NCBI GenBank assembly: GCA_963707955.1
Contig: OY970176.1
Coordinates: forward strand, 1,088,001-1,152,000
Source of the DNA: Candidatus Bathyarchaeota archaeon
Lineage (GTDB): Archaea; Thermoproteota; Bathyarchaeia; Bathyarchaeales; Bathycorpusculaceae
Direction: 5' to 3'
DNA length: 64,000 nt
Below are positions 1-10,265 of the stretch, in pieces. The notes beneath the pieces were generated by a model. It was not told the DNA's origin. It ran no database searches and was given only the letters and a program-made list of their open reading frames with translations. The translations under genes were made by a program, and so were the position numbers. How positions within the stretch are numbered: the first letter of the stretch is position 1; the number at the start of each line of letters is the position of its first letter.

Positions 1-66
1 TTGGCGCTGCAGGGTGAAGATGCCTGTGGATAGCGCTGCTGTTCGAGTGATAAAGAATGGTATGTT

Positions 67-291
67 CTATCTGTTCATAGCTATTTCTTCTCGCAGTTCA
101 AAGGGCATCTTCTCGTTCATTCTTTGAGCTGCATAGGTTGCTAGTCTCTTAAACTGGGGGTCTGTCAGAACATGTCGTGCTCTGGATAGAATTTCAAGGC
201 AGATTTCTTTAAAAACCAAGTCGGCGCATCCCATTTTTGCGTCGTCGATCAATTCTTTGCAAGCTTGAAAGATTTGTTCGTTCAAAGGCAC
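67..291 (-). CDS. small hypothetical protein (helical, ~74 aa)
   Basis: ORF 67..333; likely GTG start at 291 preceded by GGGTGA SD-like motif; no recognised family. Confidence 0.55.
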   Translation of the reverse strand: MPLNEQIFQACKELIDDAKMGCADLVFKEICLEILSRARHVLTDPQFKRLATYAAQRMNEKMPFELREEIAMNR

Positions 292-488
292 TTCACCCTG
301 CAAGCAACACTTGCAACTTGTGGAATTAAACACTTATGAAAACAAAAATATAATTGGAAATCCATCTTCAGCCTACCGAAACGATGTCTAGAGCCTGTCC
401 AGAGGCACGCTCCAGCTCTGTTTAGGGTCGTCAGACACCTTGACCGCTTTTGCTCTTACCAACCACGTTAACCTTTTAAATATGAGCG

Positions 489-1061
489 TTGAATACGGTA
501 AGCGAAAAGAAGGATGAAACCGTGGATAATGAGGTTCTGGACGCCATCAGGAACAGGCGCAGCGTCTTAAGGTTTGAAAGCACCCAAGTTGAAGAAGATA
601 AAGTTGAAGCCATTCTCGAAGCCGGACGGTGGGCACCCTCTTGGATCAACAAGCAACCTTGGAGTTTTATAGTCATCAGAGACCAAAAAACCAAGGACGA
701 ACTCAGCGAGGTCGTTCCAACCACCTTCGTCCAGGGACTGAAGGAGGCACCAGTCTGCATCGCGGTCACCGTTGACGCTGACGAAGACCCGTATCACCAC
801 GTGGAAGACGGGGCAGCGGTTGCACAGAACATGGCACTGGCCGCTCACAGCCTAGGATTAAACACCTCTTGGATAGGAGTCTACGACCTGAAGAACCAGA
901 AGAAGTCAGCCGAATCCAAGATTAAGGAAATTCTTGAACTTCCGAAAAACTATCGAGTGATCGCGCTCTTGCCACTTGGCCACGTTAAATACGAGGTTCC
1001 AAAGAAGGACAGAAAGACGCTTCGCCAGATAGTGTACCGAGAAAAATTCGGAAAGCGTTAA
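489..1061 (+). CDS. nitroreductase family protein
   Basis: RRS..F, AGRWAPS..NKQPW, QNMALAAHSLGL motifs. Confidence 0.92.
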   Translation: MNTVSEKKDETVDNEVLDAIRNRRSVLRFESTQVEEDKVEAILEAGRWAPSWINKQPWSFIVIRDQKTKDELSEVVPTTFVQGLKEAPVCIAVTVDADEDPYHHVEDGAAVAQNMALAAHSLGLNTSWIGVYDLKNQKKSAESKIKEILELPKNYRVIALLPLGHVKYEVPKKDRKTLRQIVYREKFGKR

Positions 1062-1173
1062 AGTACGGAACGCGTCACATCGTCTCACATTTTTGATTTT
1101 GACTTGATCCTGCTTGGATGGCAATTGCTATATAATGCTGCTTGCCTAACCCCAGTGAAGCGGCGACCGTTAC

Positions 1174-1716
1174 ATGGGTTACGTTGCTTTGTGGAAAGCT
1201 CTGGAACAAATGGTTACAGACTTTCGCAAGAAAGGATTAAGCGTTCCAACAGAAATCATGAGCGACCTTAAAAATGCGAAGACCCTGATTAAAATCTTGA
1301 AGGCTGAACCGAGCCGCGGAGAAAACATTCAGAAAATTGAGCAATGCTTGGAAAACGTGGAATCCTACCTCATTTCTGAAGGTCAAAGAGAGTTCGGGGT
1401 AGAATACGTTGACCAATGGCTTGAGCGGTTGGACAAGGCCAGAAGAGAAATCCTTGATGAGGAGGACAAAGAAACGAGGTTTATCCCTGGACTCCCAAGG
1501 CACCGAAAGTGGATTCGCGTTACATCTTCAGCAGACTTACCCCTTGAAAAACTGACGGCAATTGCGGATCAGATGAGCCTCTCTTATAACGTTCACAAGA
1601 ACGGCTCCTTGCTCGTCTACGGCGAAGACCAGAGCATAAAGGATTTTGTCAAAAAGATGGCTTCGAAATACGAGTCAAAGGCTGAGAAATATCGTAAAAA
1701 AGTACATAACCGTTAA
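1174..1716 (+). CDS. DUF2096-like conserved archaeal protein
   Basis: N-terminal W..L..M.TDFRKKG pattern and helical body typical of DUF2096. Confidence 0.65.
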   Translation: MGYVALWKALEQMVTDFRKKGLSVPTEIMSDLKNAKTLIKILKAEPSRGENIQKIEQCLENVESYLISEGQREFGVEYVDQWLERLDKARREILDEEDKETRFIPGLPRHRKWIRVTSSADLPLEKLTAIADQMSLSYNVHKNGSLLVYGEDQSIKDFVKKMASKYESKAEKYRKKVHNR

Positions 1717-1809
1717 AGCTTCATGGCACAGTAAATGCTTTTATAAAAAGTGCCACAGACTGTCTGCAAGAAAAATGCGGACGTTTCGAAGCGTGAGGGC
1801 GCAGATTCA

Positions 1810-4800
1810 ATGCCCTACATCAAGAAAATGGAGCTAAGGGGTTTCAAATCATTCGGACCGCAGGACGTTAAAATAGTCCTAGACAAGGGTTTCACGGCGA
1901 TAACAGGCCCAAACGGAAGCGGAAAAACAAACGTCCTCGATGCTTTTCTATTCTCACTCGGCGAACTGAGCACAAGAAGACTCCGTGCAGAAACCGCCGC
2001 CAAACTGATCTTCCACGGGTCAGAACAGGCCGGGTTAGAAAGGGCCAAAATGGCCAAGGTAGTGATCCAGTTCGACAACTCAGACGCGCGCATGCCCGTC
2101 GACACGACAACAGTTACGATTTCCAGGGAAGTCTACAGGAACGGACTAAGCGTGTACAGGCTTAACGGCAGAAGAATTTCGAGAACCCACATCATGGAAA
2201 TCCTTTCCATGGCCGGAATAAGCTCCGCAAGCCAAAACATAATCCTGCAGGGCACCATTACTCGACTGACGGACATCTCCCCTGTGGAACGTAGAAGAAT
2301 CATCGAAGACCTTATTGGAATAGGCCAATACGACACCGAAAAAGCCGAAGCAGAAGAAAAGCTGCGAGCAGCAGACATCTCCATACGCACCGCTATGGGT
2401 AGAATTGACGAAGTACAGAAGAGGCTTGACGACCTGGAGAGAGAACGCAACGAACTGCTCAAAGTCAGCTTCATCCAGGCTGAACTGAGACAGTTTGAAG
2501 CGGTCAAGATCTCACATGATATGATACAGATACAGAAGAAGGTTGAGGAAAATTCGTCGCAAGCAGACAAGGTTAAGACCAGAGTAGAAAAACTCAGAGA
2601 GCTGCGTGACGGTCACAGGTCGAAAAGAAGAGAAGTTGAGGGTGAATGGCGAAGACTAAGCTCCGAAATGGTCGAGGAAGGCGGCTCTCAGGTAGTCAAG
2701 GTGCAGATAAAGATCGGAGAGCTGAAATCAAAACTCACAGAGTTGGCGACCAGGATAAGCTCTGGGAAAACAACCCTTGAAGGGCTGACGAGAATCAGGG
2801 AAAACAACCTCCAACAACACCAAGCAATTCAAAAGGAAATTCATGAAAACCGGTTAAAGACAAGGCACTTCAAGAGCGAACATGAAAGAATTCTTGGCCA
2901 GATAAAAGAGAAACAAGCAGAACATGATACTCTAGCACAAGAAGCCGCCCAGCTTTGGGAAAACCTTGGGGAAAACAGCAAGAAAATACGGGAGATCGAG
3001 CTTAAGATCGAGGGAGACAACAAGAGACTCGTATCCTTGAGGTCCGAATACGTAAAGAATCAGACAGCCATCAAGGCTCGGACGAGAAGACAGAAGGACT
3101 TAAACGATCGCAAGCAACGGTTTGCAGCAACACTCAGCGAGCTTGAAAAGTCTTTCTCTGAGCTTGAAAAAGTTCAGAAAGAACAAAAAACTCAGCTGAA
3201 AAACCTAGAACGGAACCTTGAAAGAAGAAGCGCTCAAAAAGAAGCTGTTGAGAGAGAAATAGTTGAAGCAAGTAAGATAGCTGATTCAGCGCGTGAAGCG
3301 GTCGTAGAGTTTGCAACCCAGAGAGAACTTGCAGAAACTGTGGCCGCAGAGGAGAAAGCCCTCAGAAGCATAGAAGAGCTGGGCGAACTGGGCGTCATCA
3401 AGGGCGTCTACGGTAGACTTCGCAACCTAGCGAAAATCGACAAGACCTACCTAAGAGCAATCGAAGCTGCATCAGTAGGATGGCTTGACGCTGTCGTCGT
3501 AAAAGACTTCGACTCGGCTTTCACGTGTACAGAAACGTTAAGAAGGATGAAACTTGGGAGAATAAAGATCATTCCCCTCGAAGGAGTAGCCCCTGCTAAA
3601 CCCTTCAAAATTCCCGAAAAGGAAGGCGTCCGCGGCTCTGCTGAGGCTTTCATAAAGTCTGAAAAGAGTTGTGGACCTGCGGTCCGCTTCGTTTTCGGAG
3701 ACACACTAGTTGTAGCGGACGACAAGACCGCTTTCACGTTGGCCAGTCAGGGCTATCGCAGTGTAACAGTTGAAGGAGACGTTTACGAGGTTGGCGGTGC
3801 ATTTGAAAGTGGTTACTACCGTGCTCCCATAGACTTTTCCACTATAATCCCAAGTCAGACAGCCATCAAAAGCTTAGATGAGGCTGTCAACGCTCTTCAG
3901 CAGCATCTTTCAAGGAGAAACGATGACATAACCAGCTATGAAGACGAAATCGACCGAACTCGCGTTGAAATTGCCCGCTTGTCCGAAGCTATAACAACGT
4001 TAGACAGGGAAATTTTCAGGGTGAAAAGAAGCGTCAGGAGAACAAGGTCCAACGTTAGACGCGTTGATCACTACATCGTTCGAATCAACAAAGAAATCGA
4101 GAATGAGAAAGCCCAGATGTGGGTGCACAGCGCTGAGAGGAGCTCGATCCTGAAGGAGATGCGAAGACTCCAGAACGAGTTGGCAGTTCTGAGAAAAAGG
4201 ACAGACCCTGGGCACATTCAGGAAATGGAAGTCAAGAGGGAGAAACTGTCAGAAGGGATAATCACTCTGAGACAGATGCTGGGAACAAGCCAGACGGAAA
4301 TATCAACGCTGCAGTCGCAGTTCGACAACGTTCTGAGGGTTGGGTACCAGAACTCAAAGATTCAGACCTCAAAGGTTGAGCAGCAACTGCGGAAGGTAGA
4401 GAAAGAAGTGGAGGATGCATTGCAGCAGAGGGAAGCACTGAAGCAGGAACTTTCGCAACTGGAGAAGAACCGAGTTGAACTCTCAAAGACAGTTTTCTCA
4501 GCAAGGGAGGGAGCAAAGAAATTCACTAGCCAGATTGACGATATAGACAAAGAACTTCGCAAGCTGGACGCTGAGTATGAACAAGTCGACCGTCTGCAAA
4601 ACCAGCTTCAGCTGAACGTCCAAACCTCTCTTCTGCAGCTTGAACAGTACCAAAACCAGCTGAGACTTTCCGGCTATGAACAACCACTGACCGTGACTCC
4701 GAAACAGGTTGAGGAAGCCGAAACCTCCATGAAGATGATGCAGCTTGAACTTGAAAGAATAGGCGCAGTCAACCAGCTTGCGTTGTCGCATTATGCCGAC

Positions 4801-5361
4801 CAGATTTCACGTTACAAGGAACTTTCGATCAGGTTGAACGAGCTTGAAAAAGAAAAGCAGGCAATAGTACAGTTCATGGACGAGATCGACCGGAAGAAGC
4901 GCAAAATCTTCGTGGAAGCCTTCGAAAAAATCAACCGAGACCAGAACGTATACTTCTCGAAGCTCACAGGAGGCGGCACCTCCACGATGACGCTTGAAAA
5001 CGTCGAAGAACCCTTTGCAGGAGGCATAGACATGCTCGTCCAATTTCCCAACAAACCCTCAATAGTCGTGAGCGGTGCCAGCGGAGGCGAACGCTCTGTA
5101 GCAGCCGTCGCGTTCCTGTTTGCTCTTAGGGAGTTCACACCCGCATCCTTCTACATCCTTGACGAGATCGACGCTCACCTAGACGCTTTCCACGTTTCAA
5201 AACTGGCTGAGCTCCTGCGAGAAGAATCGGACAGGACACAGTTTATAGTTATCACTCTAAAACCCGAAATGGTGAACAAAGCTCAGAAAGTCTACGGGGC
5301 CTATATGAGCAACGGAGTGTCAAACGTCATTTCCGCCAAACTGCTGGAGGTCCCAAGCTAG
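1810..5361 (+). CDS. smc: chromosome segregation protein SMC
   Basis: GFKSF, Walker A GPNGSGKT, hinge G.YG.L, coiled coils, SGGERS, LDEIDAHLD; ATG at 1810. Confidence 0.97.
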   Translation: MPYIKKMELRGFKSFGPQDVKIVLDKGFTAITGPNGSGKTNVLDAFLFSLGELSTRRLRAETAAKLIFHGSEQAGLERAKMAKVVIQFDNSDARMPVDTTTVTISREVYRNGLSVYRLNGRRISRTHIMEILSMAGISSASQNIILQGTITRLTDISPVERRRIIEDLIGIGQYDTEKAEAEEKLRAADISIRTAMGRIDEVQKRLDDLERERNELLKVSFIQAELRQFEAVKISHDMIQIQKKVEENSSQADKVKTRVEKLRELRDGHRSKRREVEGEWRRLSSEMVEEGGSQVVKVQIKIGELKSKLTELATRISSGKTTLEGLTRIRENNLQQHQAIQKEIHENRLKTRHFKSEHERILGQIKEKQAEHDTLAQEAAQLWENLGENSKKIREIELKIEGDNKRLVSLRSEYVKNQTAIKARTRRQKDLNDRKQRFAATLSELEKSFSELEKVQKEQKTQLKNLERNLERRSAQKEAVEREIVEASKIADSAREAVVEFATQRELAETVAAEEKALRSIEELGELGVIKGVYGRLRNLAKIDKTYLRAIEAASVGWLDAVVVKDFDSAFTCTETLRRMKLGRIKIIPLEGVAPAKPFKIPEKEGVRGSAEAFIKSEKSCGPAVRFVFGDTLVVADDKTAFTLASQGYRSVTVEGDVYEVGGAFESGYYRAPIDFSTIIPSQTAIKSLDEAVNALQQHLSRRNDDITSYEDEIDRTRVEIARLSEAITTLDREIFRVKRSVRRTRSNVRRVDHYIVRINKEIENEKAQMWVHSAERSSILKEMRRLQNELAVLRKRTDPGHIQEMEVKREKLSEGIITLRQMLGTSQTEISTLQSQFDNVLRVGYQNSKIQTSKVEQQLRKVEKEVEDALQQREALKQELSQLEKNRVELSKTVFSAREGAKKFTSQIDDIDKELRKLDAEYEQVDRLQNQLQLNVQTSLLQLEQYQNQLRLSGYEQPLTVTPKQVEEAETSMKMMQLELERIGAVNQLALSHYADQISRYKELSIRLNELEKEKQAIVQFMDEIDRKKRKIFVEAFEKINRDQNVYFSKLTGGGTSTMTLENVEEPFAGGIDMLVQFPNKPSIVVSGASGGERSVAAVAFLFALREFTPASFYILDEIDAHLDAFHVSKLAELLREESDRTQFIVITLKPEMVNKAQKVYGAYMSNGVSNVISAKLLEVPS

Positions 5362-6062
5362 TGTCGGCAACGGCAACAAAGAAGCCGTTCTATCTGTTTC
5401 CTCCATGGAACATTCTCTTCGAGTTCCACAGACTGGAAAAGCTTGCACCCTGGAACGTCAGCATCGCATACTTACTAACGTCGTTTCTTGAGAACATGGA
5501 GAAAACGGGCCAAGTGGATTTCAGGGCATCAGGAGTGGCTCTTGACTCTTCAGCCCTCATATACCTAATGAAGTCAAGGCTTCTGCTGAAACTTGAAGAA
5601 CCCTCACCGCCGCCGAAGCCGCCAATGGACTTCTTGCCTCCGCCACTTTTCCTGCCACTGAGACACGAATTGACGTCTACGACCATTGGAAACCTTCTGG
5701 AAGTATTGGACGACATCCTAAAACTGGAGAAGCTGATTCGCCCAGAAAAACTTGTCCAACAGCCTGTCTTGCCAACGCCCTCGGAAATACTTCCTCAACT
5801 GGACATGTACCTGATGGAAATTGAGCTCCAGATGGAAAAGCTCCACGCCTCTCTTTCGGAACGAGTGAAAGGCGCGGGGATAATAGAGTTCTCAACCTTG
5901 ATTAAGGGAGTCGGGCGGTTTGAGGCGATCCGCACGTTCATTCTTTTACTGTTCTTGGCGCAGGATGGAAAAATCAGCCTGTGGCAGAACGAAGAGACAG
6001 AGGAGATTTACATAGCTGTTGGTGATTTGAAACTTGCAGGAAGTGGACAAACAGGCACCTAG
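5361..6062 (+). CDS. scpA: segregation/condensation protein A (kleisin)
   Basis: directly after smc; PWNVSI, F..LLFLA..G.I.L.Q kleisin C-terminal motif. Confidence 0.88.
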   Translation: MSATATKKPFYLFPPWNILFEFHRLEKLAPWNVSIAYLLTSFLENMEKTGQVDFRASGVALDSSALIYLMKSRLLLKLEEPSPPPKPPMDFLPPPLFLPLRHELTSTTIGNLLEVLDDILKLEKLIRPEKLVQQPVLPTPSEILPQLDMYLMEIELQMEKLHASLSERVKGAGIIEFSTLIKGVGRFEAIRTFILLLFLAQDGKISLWQNEETEEIYIAVGDLKLAGSGQTGT

Positions 6063-6636
6063 CCTAGGCGAAGAGGAAAGTGAGAAGCCGACTCCGGCAA
6101 GGACACATGATGACTTGTCGATGGTAGAGGCAGCTTTGTACGTTGCTGGACGCCCCCTAGACCTAAACGAGTTATGCTCCGTCTTGAAAACCCGGTCAAA
6201 GAATAGGGCCAGAAGAACAACGAAGACCCTCATGCAGCAGTACGCATGCAGAAACACTGCGCTCGAAATTCTGGAACTAAAGGACGAGAGATACGTTCTG
6301 CAGATTAAGGCCGATTTCACACCGCATGTCAAGAAGTTTGTCAACAGACCGTTGCTTTCTCTCGGTCCTTTAAAGACCCTTTCATACATAGCCTACAGAC
6401 AGCCAGTGTCTCAGAAAAGAGTGATCGAAGTGCGAGGTCGTCACGCCTACACTCACGTAAGAACCTTAAAGGAAATGGGGCTGATTGGAAGTGAAAGAAG
6501 CGGAAGGTCATCGGTTCTCAGGACCACAGAGTATTTCGCGGACTACTTCGGTCTTAGTCCAGACACAGCATCGATGAAAAAAGAGCTCAAACATGTTTTC
6601 GAAGAATTTCCTAACGCAGACAAACGTTCAGACTGA
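6034..6636 (+). CDS. scpB: segregation/condensation protein B
   Basis: VEAALY, TLSYIAYRQP, TT..F..YFG motifs. Confidence 0.93.
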   Translation: MQEVDKQAPSLGEEESEKPTPARTHDDLSMVEAALYVAGRPLDLNELCSVLKTRSKNRARRTTKTLMQQYACRNTALEILELKDERYVLQIKADFTPHVKKFVNRPLLSLGPLKTLSYIAYRQPVSQKRVIEVRGRHAYTHVRTLKEMGLIGSERSGRSSVLRTTEYFADYFGLSPDTASMKKELKHVFEEFPNADKRSD

Positions 6637-6710
6637 AAACGGATAGGCTTATATTCGAAAGAGCCATGATAGTCCACACTCAAAATTCGGCAACACTGGA
6701 GAAATGAAGA

Positions 6711-7106
6711 ATGTCAGTTTGGCATGGCAAAATGCACAAGCAAAAACCATCAGGAGGCAGAAGACACGTCTACAGAAAGAAGAGAAAGTTTGAGCAGGGC
6801 ACGTTTCCAGCCGAGACCATGATGGGAGAGCAGAAGAAAAAAGTTGTTAGAGGAAGAGGCGGAAACCTGAAAATCAAGGTTCTGAGTGAAAAACAGGTCT
6901 GCGTCACCGACCCGAAGACTGGAAGAACAGAGAAAACAGAAGTTGTACGAGTTGTCAAGAACCCTGCGAACATCGATTACGACCGCAGAGGCGTGATCAC
7001 TAAGGGAGCCGTTGTACAGACTCCTCTAGGCCAAGCAAGGATAACATCCCGCCCTGGACAACACGGAATACTGAACGCTGTCCTCATAAGCGCGGAGAAA
7101 AGCTAA
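6711..7106 (+). CDS. rps8e: 30S ribosomal protein S8e
   Basis: RGRGGNLK, ITKGA, TSRPGQHG..N. Confidence 0.96.
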   Translation: MSVWHGKMHKQKPSGGRRHVYRKKRKFEQGTFPAETMMGEQKKKVVRGRGGNLKIKVLSEKQVCVTDPKTGRTEKTEVVRVVKNPANIDYDRRGVITKGAVVQTPLGQARITSRPGQHGILNAVLISAEKS

Positions 7107-7110
7107 CCTC

Positions 7111-7410
7111 TTATTCCACTTTAGCCACAGAGCGTATGTTTGAAAGTTTTTTTGCAATCATCGTGATCGTTTGGTTCTTAGAGCCTTTCTTCTCGACTAG
7201 AACCATACCGGTTTTCAACCAAGACGATTTGGGGTAACCAGCGTCTGGAAAAACCTCGCAGGCCAAACTCAGTTTTTCCGCCGCCTCTTTCACCTCTGCG
7301 ATTTTCGGAGAAACAACAGCGATGCTTTTTGGCACTCGCCTTCCATCCTCTCTGCTTCTGGCTACGTCAAAGTAAGCTGGCCAGATGATCACCTTATCTT
7401 GTTTTCGCAA
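7111..7410 (-). CDS. srp19: signal recognition particle 19 kDa protein
   Basis: IIWPAYFD...SR..GRRVPK..AV..P. Confidence 0.95.
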   Translation of the reverse strand: MRKQDKVIIWPAYFDVARSREDGRRVPKSIAVVSPKIAEVKEAAEKLSLACEVFPDAGYPKSSWLKTGMVLVEKKGSKNQTITMIAKKLSNIRSVAKVE

Positions 7411-7428
7411 GTTCTCTTTCTCCGAAGG

Positions 7429-9180
7429 TCATTTTTGGGCGAAATAGGCTGTTAACCCATTGTTGATTTCGTCAACTCTGACAAAACCGAACCGTTCAAA
7501 CTGTATTATGTCGTTCGGCTTCAACTTCTTACAAGCGCTCTCTGCCACTCCTTCTGCCACGCTTGCGTCAGGCATGACGACCCGACAAGGCATGTCGTGT
7601 CCTATGAGCACCCAGTGGATTAGCTGAGCCTTAACCTTTCTTGCATCTTCGTAGGACTCGCTGACGAAAAGGCTTTGAGCTGAATACACGTTTGTGTTCT
7701 CGATCTTTACGTTGAACAATTCCATCAGGCGAAGCATCGGGCCCACGCTCGATGAGTCGACGTCTTTCCTTGAAACCCACAGAGTCACGCGGTTATCCTC
7801 GCCCTGGGGCTGCACCGCGTATTCTCTGAACCCTCTGTCAGGCTCGTCGGGATGCAGCTTGAGCCTAGCTTCAAAAAGCTTCGGGACTCTTCTGACCGTT
7901 AGCTCTATCGGGCTATTCACGAAGAAGTACCTATCAGCGGTTGAATCTAATATCTTGCGGTTGTGCGCGTAGAGGTTTTCCCAGCTCAGAGTGACATCCG
8001 AAGTCTTCGGCCCGATATCGATAATCATCTTCTTGATCGCATCAGGCGTTATTCCACGCCTTCGTAAGGCGACAAAAGTTGCCAAGCGCGGGTCATCCCA
8101 ATCCTTGTACAGCCCGTCCCGCATTCCTTGAACTATCTTTGACTTGCTCAGAGACGCCCCCGTGATCTTCAATCTTCCATAGTGTATGGTCTCTGGATAC
8201 TTCCAGCCTAGATGCCGATACATATACTCTTGGCGAGCCTGATTTGTCAGGTGCTCCTTCCCCCGGATGATGTGGGTTATGCCAAGTACGTGGTCATCCA
8301 CACCGCTTGCAAGGTTGTAAAGCGGCCAAACCCTGTACTTGCTTCCAACCCTTGGATGTGGATACTTCACAGGGTCAATGATTCGAAGCGCAGGCCAGTC
8401 TCGAACCGCTGGGTTCGGGTGGTCCAAGTCTGTTTTGACTCGAACAACAGCTTCACCCTCTTCGTAGCCGCCGTCCAGCATTCGTCTCCATCGTTCAAGA
8501 TGCTCTTCAACTGAAAGGTTGCGGCAATCGCATGGCCTTTGAGCAATAATTCTCTTTCGAAACTGTTCCGGTTTGCACGTGCAGACGTAAGCGTTTCCAT
8601 CCCTGACCAGTCTTTCAGCGTGCTCGTAGTAAATCGGAATTCTGTCACTTTGAATGTACTCCTCGTCAGGTTTGCAACCAAGCCAAGCCAAGTCCTCCCT
8701 GATATCGTCATAGAATTCTAAGACGGGTCTTTTCAGCTTCGGGTCAGTGTCCTCAAAGCGAAGAACAAACTTGCCCTTGTACATCTGCGCATACTCATAG
8801 CATAGCACAATCGCTCTGGCTGAGCCCAAGTGCAGTACACAGTCAGGGTTAGGCGCGTAACGAGTGACTACCTGCGGATAATTGGAAACGTTCGGCAGAG
8901 GCGGAAGACGTTTTTCTTCAGCCTTCTCCTTGACAAAGGCTTCTGGCCACTCTGTGTCGACGATGCGCTTCTGCTCATCCGGTGAAAGACCGTTGACCTC
9001 TTCAACGATTTCATCGATGAGAGCTGATACTTCCTTAACCTTGTCTCTATACTCTGGTCTTTCACCCAGTATCTTTCCAACAACCGCGCCCGTCTGCGCC
9101 TTGCCGCCATGCTTAACCGCGTTCAACAGGGCGAACTTGCGAACAAGTTCTCGGCGCCCTGCTTCTTCTCCTAGATTCAA
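7429..9180 (-). CDS. gltX: glutamyl-tRNA synthetase
   Basis: TRYAPNP, HLGS (HIGH), LRFEDTDP, LSKS (KMSKS), QFERFGF. Confidence 0.97.
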   Translation of the reverse strand: MNLGEEAGRRELVRKFALLNAVKHGGKAQTGAVVGKILGERPEYRDKVKEVSALIDEIVEEVNGLSPDEQKRIVDTEWPEAFVKEKAEEKRLPPLPNVSNYPQVVTRYAPNPDCVLHLGSARAIVLCYEYAQMYKGKFVLRFEDTDPKLKRPVLEFYDDIREDLAWLGCKPDEEYIQSDRIPIYYEHAERLVRDGNAYVCTCKPEQFRKRIIAQRPCDCRNLSVEEHLERWRRMLDGGYEEGEAVVRVKTDLDHPNPAVRDWPALRIIDPVKYPHPRVGSKYRVWPLYNLASGVDDHVLGITHIIRGKEHLTNQARQEYMYRHLGWKYPETIHYGRLKITGASLSKSKIVQGMRDGLYKDWDDPRLATFVALRRRGITPDAIKKMIIDIGPKTSDVTLSWENLYAHNRKILDSTADRYFFVNSPIELTVRRVPKLFEARLKLHPDEPDRGFREYAVQPQGEDNRVTLWVSRKDVDSSSVGPMLRLMELFNVKIENTNVYSAQSLFVSESYEDARKVKAQLIHWVLIGHDMPCRVVMPDASVAEGVAESACKKLKPNDIIQFERFGFVRVDEINNGLTAYFAQK

Positions 9181-9192
9181 CAGTTCTACACT

Positions 9193-10263
9193 CTAGATTT
9201 TTCTCTCGATCAAGAAGACTGCGAAGGCTTTTAGTTTTTCCTTTCCCGCTGAGGCGGGCAGTAACATCTCGACCTCACTCCAGTTTTCTTTAACCATTCT
9301 TCTTGCCACCTGCTTGGCGTATTCTATTGAGTCGTACTTCTGCATTATGGCGATAGCAGCGTCCCTCAAATCCTGATGCGAAGTGTGCATTTCTAGAATT
9401 TCAGTGAGTCTCTTCCTATCCTGAGTTTGTGCAACCTTCAATGCTTGGATTACTGGTAAGCTCCTCTTCCCCTCTGTTATGTCCTGCCCTCTTCCACCTT
9501 TCTTCTCCCCGAACTCCTCACTGGTCAAGTCTAGAACGTCATCTTGTATCTGAAAAGCCACTCCTACGCTCTCTGCAAAAATCCCAAGCTTTCCGACGAG
9601 TTCATCACTCGCATCAGCCAGAACACTCGCGATCTTTGCTGCCATTCTTGCCAGAGTTCCCGTCTTGTAGGCGCACATCTGCAGGTAGTCCTTTTCGTCG
9701 ATTGTGTCAGCGTCTGCTAAGCCTCTGTGCCATGCTATGTCCATGGCTTGGCCGAGACTTACGTTGATCATTTCTTGAGCGTAGATCTCGTAGATTCTGC
9801 TGATTTTTTGAGGTGACAGCTCCTGTCTTTTTTCCATCAGTGGAAGAAGGGGCAGGTAGTACATGGCGTTTCCGGCGTTTATGGCCACGTCGAGCCCGAA
9901 GATTTTGTAGGTACAAGGTTTTCCCCTTCTGTACTGGGATGAATCCTCTATGTCGTCGACCATGAGGGTTCCGTTATGAATGACTTCTGGGATAATGGCA
10001 TAGTCAACGTAGTCCTTTGGGTCTTTGCCTAATGCTTCGCAGACCAGTAGGAACAAGGTCGGCCGCCATCTTTTGCCGCCTCTGTCAAGAAATTCCCATA
10101 TAGGGTCTGCGACTGCCTTGTTCAAGGCTTCCAAGTTGTACGAGTATCGTGGTGGACTCAGTTCGAAAAGAACGGCGTTCTTGGAGAATACTCTTGGAAC
10201 GTATTTTTCAACGGCCTTGTTTATCAAAGGGGCCTTTTCCCGAAGAATTTCTTCAATGTCCAT
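9193..10263 (-). CDS. polyprenyl (geranylgeranyl) diphosphate synthase
   Basis: GGKRWRP, VDDIED..RRG, FQIQDD motifs; isoprenoid cluster. Confidence 0.93.
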   Translation of the reverse strand: MDIEEILREKAPLINKAVEKYVPRVFSKNAVLFELSPPRYSYNLEALNKAVADPIWEFLDRGGKRWRPTLFLLVCEALGKDPKDYVDYAIIPEVIHNGTLMVDDIEDSSQYRRGKPCTYKIFGLDVAINAGNAMYYLPLLPLMEKRQELSPQKISRIYEIYAQEMINVSLGQAMDIAWHRGLADADTIDEKDYLQMCAYKTGTLARMAAKIASVLADASDELVGKLGIFAESVGVAFQIQDDVLDLTSEEFGEKKGGRGQDITEGKRSLPVIQALKVAQTQDRKRLTEILEMHTSHQDLRDAAIAIMQKYDSIEYAKQVARRMVKENWSEVEMLLPASAGKEKLKAFAVFLIERKI

Positions 10264-10265
10264 GG

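Noticed and set aside
5070-5100. SMC signature reads ASGGE instead of LSGGE
   Set aside because: Catalytic SGG and the Walker motifs are intact; likely ordinary lineage variation.
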